A stretch of DNA of 50,100 nt from a virus (taxonomy: Duplodnaviria > Caudoviricetes): IMG/VR virus record IMGVR_UViG_3300025889_000174, positions 1 through 50,100 of that record; one strand, given 5' to 3'. Below are positions 45,092-50,100 of this stretch, piece by piece. Position numbers and translations under genes: made by a program. Position 1 is the stretch's first letter; each line of letters opens with the position of its first letter. The notes beneath the pieces are model-generated. The model did no database searches and was not told the origin of the DNA. It worked only from the letters and a program-made list of their open reading frames with translations.

Positions 45092-45986
45092 GTTTTAAAT
45101 ATTCAATTAAACTCCATTCGTTTTCGGTTTTTTCAATATCATAAAAATCATGACTGAGAACCCTATATCTATAAAAATTCTTAAAAACCTTCTCCTTTTC
45201 CATCATGTCGATGAAAACATTATCATTTTTCCATCCATCTGTCAACAAAAAATTCAATAATGATTCTTTTGTGAATTCTAAATTGTATTTATCTCTACAG
45301 TAATACCTAAATTTAACTCGATTTCCCTCCCTCTCAACAAACTCCTCTTGACTTGTTAAACCGAGGGCGGCGTGGTTGCTTATTCCATATTCATATAAAT
45401 ATTTGATTTCGTGATTAATTTTATTATCAAACGGGCGGCCACCTTCTTGGCCATCCCATAATCTATAAGCATACTCCTCCTCTTTATCGAAATAGTTTTT
45501 TAGATCAATGACGTTCATTCTAAAATTTTGCAAAGAATAATGTGGCGACTGAATAAAATGCATGTCGTCAAAATATCTAGCAATGAATGGTTTCCCATGA
45601 CTAAATACAGTATTGATGTTGTCTTTGGCTAAATTGTCGCAAAATTGACGAATGTTTTTAATAAAATTATCATTAAATCTTTCTTGTCCGTCTCTTAAAA
45701 TGAAAAAGTCGCCGATTTTTAACCCCCTTTCATTGTTCAGCCCTTTATCAAAAAGAAAAAGGTTCATTGACTGGCAGTGATATTTGTAGAATTTTGCACT
45801 AATAACATTACCAACACCCCTTCTTTCTTCAAGTATTTCTTTGGTTCCATCTGTAGAACCATGATCTACCCAAATGTGACCATCGACATAATCTTGATAT
45901 TGAGAGGTTAACTCATCAATGTTTTTGCGGTCGTTTTGTGTCATACCGCAAACAAAAATTCTATAATTGTCTTTGCTATTATTCAT
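45084..45986 (-). CDS. Glycosyltransferase family 2-like
   Basis: VDHGSTDGT.EIL. Confidence 0.75.
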   Translation of the reverse strand: MNNSKDNYRIFVCGMTQNDRKNIDELTSQYQDYVDGHIWVDHGSTDGTKEILEERRGVGNVISAKFYKYHCQSMNLFLFDKGLNNERGLKIGDFFILRDGQERFNDNFIKNIRQFCDNLAKDNINTVFSHGKPFIARYFDDMHFIQSPHYSLQNFRMNVIDLKNYFDKEEEYAYRLWDGQEGGRPFDNKINHEIKYLYEYGISNHAALGLTSQEEFVEREGNRVKFRYYCRDKYNLEFTKESLLNFLLTDGWKNDNVFIDMMEKEKVFKNFYRYRVLSHDFYDIEKTENEWSLIEYLKHE

Positions 45987-46761
45987 ACTTTTTTAAAATC
46001 TCTTTATAATCTTCCGTCCCAATATGAACTGATTTAACAATGTCACAATGAAATTCTGCGAAAGGCATTGGAGAGTTGGTCAAAGGGAAGAGGGAATATC
46101 CAGATCTCAACTCAATATGCGTGTGTTTTAATTTTTCCCAATTGTTTTTTAAAAATACACAATAAGCCCACCAAAGATCTTTTGTTCGATATAGGCAAGG
46201 TTGGAACGTTACAGTTGGTCCCCATTTTGTATAGTCTTTTTTTTGCAAATATAACAATGCATCATATTTTTTAATCTTACTTTCATCTGGAATATCCAAA
46301 TTAAACCTTACTGTCAATAAATCATAATTGTATTTTAAGGCGTTTATCCCCCAATTGAAATAAAAATTCAGACTTTCATCTTGTTTAATGTCAAAGATAT
46401 AGTCGTCTTCCATCCAAAGAGAGTATTCTGACATATCATTTTGGGACATAAAGTTGAGAACCTTTTGAATGTCTTTGGTATACTCCTCCCCGTGATTGCC
46501 GTTATGAGACCAATCGGAAGTTGTCATCAAAACATAATCAAATCCGATTTCGCGCAAAAACCCATTCATTTCATCGGCTATATCTTGCTCGCTTGGGCTA
46601 ACCTTGATATGGGCGACTTTATTTTTAAATGATTCTAAATTTATTTGTTTTTTAAGATGGTTTAATGTATGCTGATAAATATCTTTATGACCAAAATGAC
46701 CCTTGGTGGAGGTAAAGAAAATTAGATTCAAAGGAAGCGGGTTATTATAAATTGTGGCCAT
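45979..46761 (-). CDS. GT-A-fold glycosyltransferase-like protein
   Basis: LWMEDD, FQP.L.R, HIG; lies in the glycosyltransferase cluster. Confidence 0.65.
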   Translation of the reverse strand: MATIYNNPLPLNLIFFTSTKGHFGHKDIYQHTLNHLKKQINLESFKNKVAHIKVSPSEQDIADEMNGFLREIGFDYVLMTTSDWSHNGNHGEEYTKDIQKVLNFMSQNDMSEYSLWMEDDYIFDIKQDESLNFYFNWGINALKYNYDLLTVRFNLDIPDESKIKKYDALLYLQKKDYTKWGPTVTFQPCLYRTKDLWWAYCVFLKNNWEKLKHTHIELRSGYSLFPLTNSPMPFAEFHCDIVKSVHIGTEDYKEILKKYE

Positions 46762-46981
46762 ATTTTGAATTAATTTCTTTTATTTGCTGTGTAAGTTTTT
46801 CAAAGTCTTGTTGCGAGAAGCATTTTAAATCATTAAAATTATTCCAACTACAATCCCCTCTAGTAAAATCGCTTTTATAAACCTCTTCTGAATCAACTTT
46901 ATCAATCAATATATCACCGATAAATGGCACGACACATAAAGTTTTTAAAAATTGCTTCTTATTAATCTTACTCTTGTTCAT
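46745..46981 (-). CDS. Hypothetical protein (78 aa)
   Basis: Packed in the operon. Confidence 0.6.
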   Translation of the reverse strand: MNKSKINKKQFLKTLCVVPFIGDILIDKVDSEEVYKSDFTRGDCSWNNFNDLKCFSQQDFEKLTQQIKEINSKYGHNL

Positions 46982-47001
46982 GATTTATTATTTTCTTTTT
47001 T

Positions 47002-47817
47002 TTAATTAAACCATTGAGGAACGATAAAACTGTCTTTTTTCATATTCTCAGGAATCTTCGCCCCCCAATTTCCGCTCAAAATAACACCAATCTCTTCCTC
47101 TGTCAAGCGATAAAATTCAATCAAATTGTTGCAAAGTTGGCCGTTTGGCGGCAACTTCTTGAACTCCATCTCTTTAGTGTCGGTTCTATGGCGCGTTTCT
47201 GTGCCGCAGCTCCATTGTCTAACTGACCATTTTCCTGCATCTGCAAAAAGAACTGGGTTATAGACGTGAAATTTCATCTTTCTTTCTCGGATGTATTCTT
47301 GAACTGACTGTTCGGTCCACTTAAGGTGGCTAAATGGCCCAGGGCCGCCACCTTGTTTTGGAATATAATTATAAAATTTTATATTAATAAATTGCGCCCG
47401 TTCACTGTATTGCCCGTTCCCCTGATTCCCGCTTACATCAATATGGCTGTAAGTTTGATTGTCTCCTAATGCGGCAATAAATTGATCGATCATATCGTCG
47501 GTTATGTCATGAAGTAAATATTGGTCATTTTGAATATACCAACAATAATCATATCGCGCACAGAAAAAGAAGCCATCTTGAGTTGTAAATCCTGTCCCCA
47601 AGTTATCCTTCCTCAATATCAAATCATCAATCAATTCCCTTTTGTAAAAATCAATAACATAATCTTGGTCGCCGCCATTGCTTAGATATACAATTTTCGG
47701 AACATATTTTTGTAATTTTATGTGTTTTTTTAATGAAAGAAGGAGATTTTCCGATTCTTGAGGCTTGTTGTAGTCAAGAATAAGAAATGGAATTATCTTT
47801 TCATTTTGATCGATCAT
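47002..47817 (-). CDS. GT-A-fold (GT2-like) glycosyltransferase
   Basis: LILDYNKP, LSNG, NLG.G, YIQNDQ. Confidence 0.65.
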   Translation of the reverse strand: MIDQNEKIIPFLILDYNKPQESENLLLSLKKHIKLQKYVPKIVYLSNGGDQDYVIDFYKRELIDDLILRKDNLGTGFTTQDGFFFCARYDYCWYIQNDQYLLHDITDDMIDQFIAALGDNQTYSHIDVSGNQGNGQYSERAQFINIKFYNYIPKQGGGPGPFSHLKWTEQSVQEYIRERKMKFHVYNPVLFADAGKWSVRQWSCGTETRHRTDTKEMEFKKLPPNGQLCNNLIEFYRLTEEEIGVILSGNWGAKIPENMKKDSFIVPQWFN

Positions 47818-47833
47818 AATATTATTTCCTATT

Positions 47834-47861
47834 AGTTTAACTGAAAAATTTAAAAAGTCAA
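47834..47861 (-). promoter_or_regulatory. Sigma70-like promoter at the head of the glycosylation/replication block
   Basis: TTGACT-16-TAAACT. Confidence 0.6.
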
Positions 47862-47944
47862 TATTTTTTTGAAATTAACCTGCCAGTGTGAACTACTCTG
47901 GGCTAAACTCCGAAATTCATACTTTACTTTCTTTCAGGTCTTGG

Positions 47945-47978
47945 GTGTAAAAATTAATAACACTAATAAGGTAAAAGG
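47945..47978 (+). promoter_or_regulatory. GTGTAAAA motif plus AGGTAAAAGG leader motif
   Basis: 47945-47950 and 47969-47978, upstream of the ATG at 47981. Confidence 0.55.
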
Positions 47979-47980
47979 CA

Positions 47981-50100
47981 ATGTCAAACATAAGGAATTT
48001 ATACGTTAGCGACCGTATAGTCGGTCCAGATAGCGAAAGAAATAGCTATTTAAATCTTTTTCAAGATGGCGCTCTTTATTACGCCAATGATGGCACATAC
48101 AATCAATACATTCAAATTGACGGCGCTTGGCGCAAACAAGCGACTGGCATTGCTGGCAGCGACGTTGGAGGTTTTACCTACGGTTCTATTATTCATGCTG
48201 GAGAGAATGGAAATCTTACCGAGGACAATGATGGAATTAATTTCAAATCCGGCAATTTCGGCGTAAATTATAACGATCCTTACGGTCGTGTTCATATTTA
48301 TCAGAGCGGCGACAGTAGACCGAGTCTAATTGTGGATGGTTCTTTGGGGAATATTTTTCAGATTAGGGATACTCTTGATAGTGAGCGCTTTAGAATAAAT
48401 GACATTAATGGCGTTCCGATTTTTCGTGCTTTAAATAATGATGTTATAATAATGGGGGAGAATGGCGCTGACACTTTGGTCGTCAGTGGCCAAAAAATTA
48501 AAATGCCAACCCTTCAATCTGGCTCCAATCCATTGTATAGCATTATTTCTACTGGTGAGAATGGGGTATTAGAGGCAAAAAGATTCGACAGTTTAGAGTC
48601 TGGTGTTGGTAGTTTCTTTTTAACAATTGAGTCAGATGGCCAATTAAAGCAAAGACCATCTGATGCTCAGGGAACATCTGGCACAAGTGGAACTTCTGGT
48701 AGCAGTGGAACATCTGGGACTTCTGGAACATCTGGAACTAGCGCCCTTGGAGTTACATCAGGAACGTCTGGAACATCTGGAACGAGTGGAACCTCTGGCT
48801 CCAGCGGTAGTTCTGGAACAAGTGGGAGTTCTGGTTCTAGTGGTAGTTCTGGGACTAGCGGAACTTCTGGCAGCAGTGGAACGTCTGGAACGAGTGGAAC
48901 CAGTGGTAGTAGCGGGTCCAGTGGCAGTAGTGGAAGCTCTGGGACTAGCGGAACATCAGGGTCATCTGGAACAAGCGGAACGTCTGGCAGCAGTGGAACA
49001 AGTGGAACAAGTGGAACAAGTGGAACAAGTGGAACGTCTGGGACTGCCGGAACAGACGGAACCTCTGGGACAAGTGGGAGTTCTGGGACGAGTGGAAGTA
49101 GTGGTAGTAGCGGGTCCAGTGGTAGCAGTGGAAGTTCTGGAACCAGCGGAACATCGGGGTCATCTGGAACAAGTGGAAGCAGTGGGTCTAGTGGAACGTC
49201 TGGAACATCTGGAACCGCAGGAACAGACGGAACTTCTGGGACAAGTGGCAGTTCTGGGACTAGCGGGACTTCTGGCAGTAGTGGAACTTCTGGGACGAGT
49301 GGAACCAGTGGTAGTAGCGGGTCCAGTGGTAGCAGTGGAAGTTCTGGAACGTCTGGGTCAAGTGGGGCGCTAACTTTAACAGGAACCCAAGACAATGGTA
49401 TAATTACCCTTGATGGATCTGCGCCAAATGGCACTGTCGAAAGCAACGCTGTTATTTATAATGATAATTTAGGATTAAATGTATTAGATCCAGATGGCAG
49501 ATTAGAGATTTATCAAAATGGAGATAGTAGGCCAGCTCTTGTTATTAATGGCGCACTAGGCCAAATATTTTCAATTATAGATTCTCTTGATGGAGATAGA
49601 TTTGTTATAAATGACATTAATGGACTCCCAATCTTTAAAATAGAAAATAATGACAAGATTACATTGGGAGAATATGGGGCAAATACATTAATAGTTGACG
49701 GTCAAGAGATAACATTAGGATCATTGACTACGAGTTCTGAAACTGAGTTTTTGGTTGTTGACTCGAATGGAATTATTTCTAAAAGAACATCTGGGGCTGA
49801 TGGGAGCAGTGGAACATCAGGGTCTTCTGGGTCAAGCGGTAGTTCCGGCTCTAGTGGAAGTTCAGGGACTTCCGGCACATCTGGAACAAATGGAACTTCT
49901 GGAACATCAGGCAGCAGTGGCTCTAGCGGATCTAGCGGTTCTTCAGGTTCATCTGGAAGTAGTGGAACAAGCGGAAGTTCTGGAACAAGTGGCAGCTCTG
50001 GAAGCAGCGGGACTTCAGGAACAAGTGGGACGGCAGGGACAGACGGAACGTCTGGAACGAGTGGGAGTAGCGGGTCAAGCGGAACATCCGGTTCATCCGG
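47981..50100 (+). CDS. Large tail fibre-like protein with Ser-Gly-Thr repeats; partial, runs off the window, absent from the ORF track
   Basis: Manual translation from MSNIRNLYVSD reads open toward the window end; duplicated ~85-aa domains alternate with (G-T/S-S)n tracts. Confidence 0.9.
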   Translation, partial: MSNIRNLYVSDRIVGPDSERNSYLNLFQDGALYYANDGTYNQYIQIDGAWRKQATGIAGSDVGGFTYGSIIHAGENGNLTEDNDGINFKSGNFGVNYNDPYGRVHIYQSGDSRPSLIVDGSLGNIFQIRDTLDSERFRINDINGVPIFRALNNDVIIMGENGADTLVVSGQKIKMPTLQSGSNPLYSIISTGENGVLEAKRFDSLESGVGSFFLTIESDGQLKQRPSDAQGTSGTSGTSGSSGTSGTSGTSGTSALGVTSGTSGTSGTSGTSGSSGSSGTSGSSGSSGSSGTSGTSGSSGTSGTSGTSGSSGSSGSSGSSGTSGTSGSSGTSGTSGSSGTSGTSGTSGTSGTSGTAGTDGTSGTSGSSGTSGSSGSSGSSGSSGSSGTSGTSGSSGTSGSSGSSGTSGTSGTAGTDGTSGTSGSSGTSGTSGSSGTSGTSGTSGSSGSSGSSGSSGTSGSSGALTLTGTQDNGIITLDGSAPNGTVESNAVIYNDNLGLNVLDPDGRLEIYQNGDSRPALVINGALGQIFSIIDSLDGDRFVINDINGLPIFKIENNDKITLGEYGANTLIVDGQEITLGSLTTSSETEFLVVDSNGIISKRTSGADGSSGTSGSSGSSGSSGSSGSSGTSGTSGTNGTSGTSGSSGSSGSSGSSGSSGSSGTSGSSGTSGSSGSSGTSGTSGTAGTDGTSGTSGSSGSSGTSGSS
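48671..49366 (+). repeat. Coding Gly-Thr/Ser-Ser tripeptide tract 1 (232 codons)
   Basis: 9-nt periodicity such as AGTGGAACA; Gly at every third residue. Confidence 0.95.
49787..50100 (+). repeat. Coding Gly-Thr/Ser-Ser tripeptide tract 2, truncated by the window
   Basis: Same periodicity as tract 1. Confidence 0.95.

Noticed and set aside
8890-46632. Many short antisense or nested ORFs in the track (for example 8890-9225, 14658-15080, 16805-17218, 37614-37916)
   Set aside because: They lie inside or overlap well-supported genes and show no motifs or independent expression signals
48663-49446. ORFs 48663-49373 (+), 48667-49446 (-) and 48945-49172 (-) with VPLVP or LEQVE repeats
   Set aside because: Off-frame and antisense shadows of the Ser-Gly-Thr repeat in the real gene starting at 47981
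1-50100. Alternative genetic code or stop-codon recoding
   Set aside because: Conserved genes are full length and densely packed under the standard code

Overview
AT-rich fragment of a large tailed dsDNA bacteriophage genome, read in the standard genetic code; the host cannot be determined from the sequence. (i) 1-2850 is gene-poor and motif-rich, with a few small ORFs, two hydrophobic micropeptides, about nine copies of a 25-bp semi-palindromic site and a strong terminator. (ii) 2851-15956 is a mostly + strand block: degenerate LAGLIDADG protein, HldA/RfaE-like sugar kinase, PhoH, phage sigma factor, ERCC4 nuclease, terminase large subunit, portal, and tail-tube-like and fibre-like proteins. 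(iii) 16039-47817 is one long - strand block. It holds a bacterial-type replisome (DnaE with a separately encoded PHP domain, DEDDh exonuclease, DnaB, primase, RecA, ATP-dependent ligase, annealing and SSB-like proteins) and a large glycosylation set (Gmd, about nine glycosyltransferase genes, two FkbM-type methyltransferases). (iv) From 47981 a divergent virion-type protein alternates duplicated globular domains with long Ser/Gly/Thr tripeptide tracts and runs off the window. Best candidate for an undescribed system: a phage-encoded heptose/deoxyhexose glycosylation machinery, including a GT9 heptosyltransferase-like enzyme apparently split across two separated genes, next to a Ser/Thr-rich fibre that could be its substrate. 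All family calls come from reading motifs by eye; no database searches were run.
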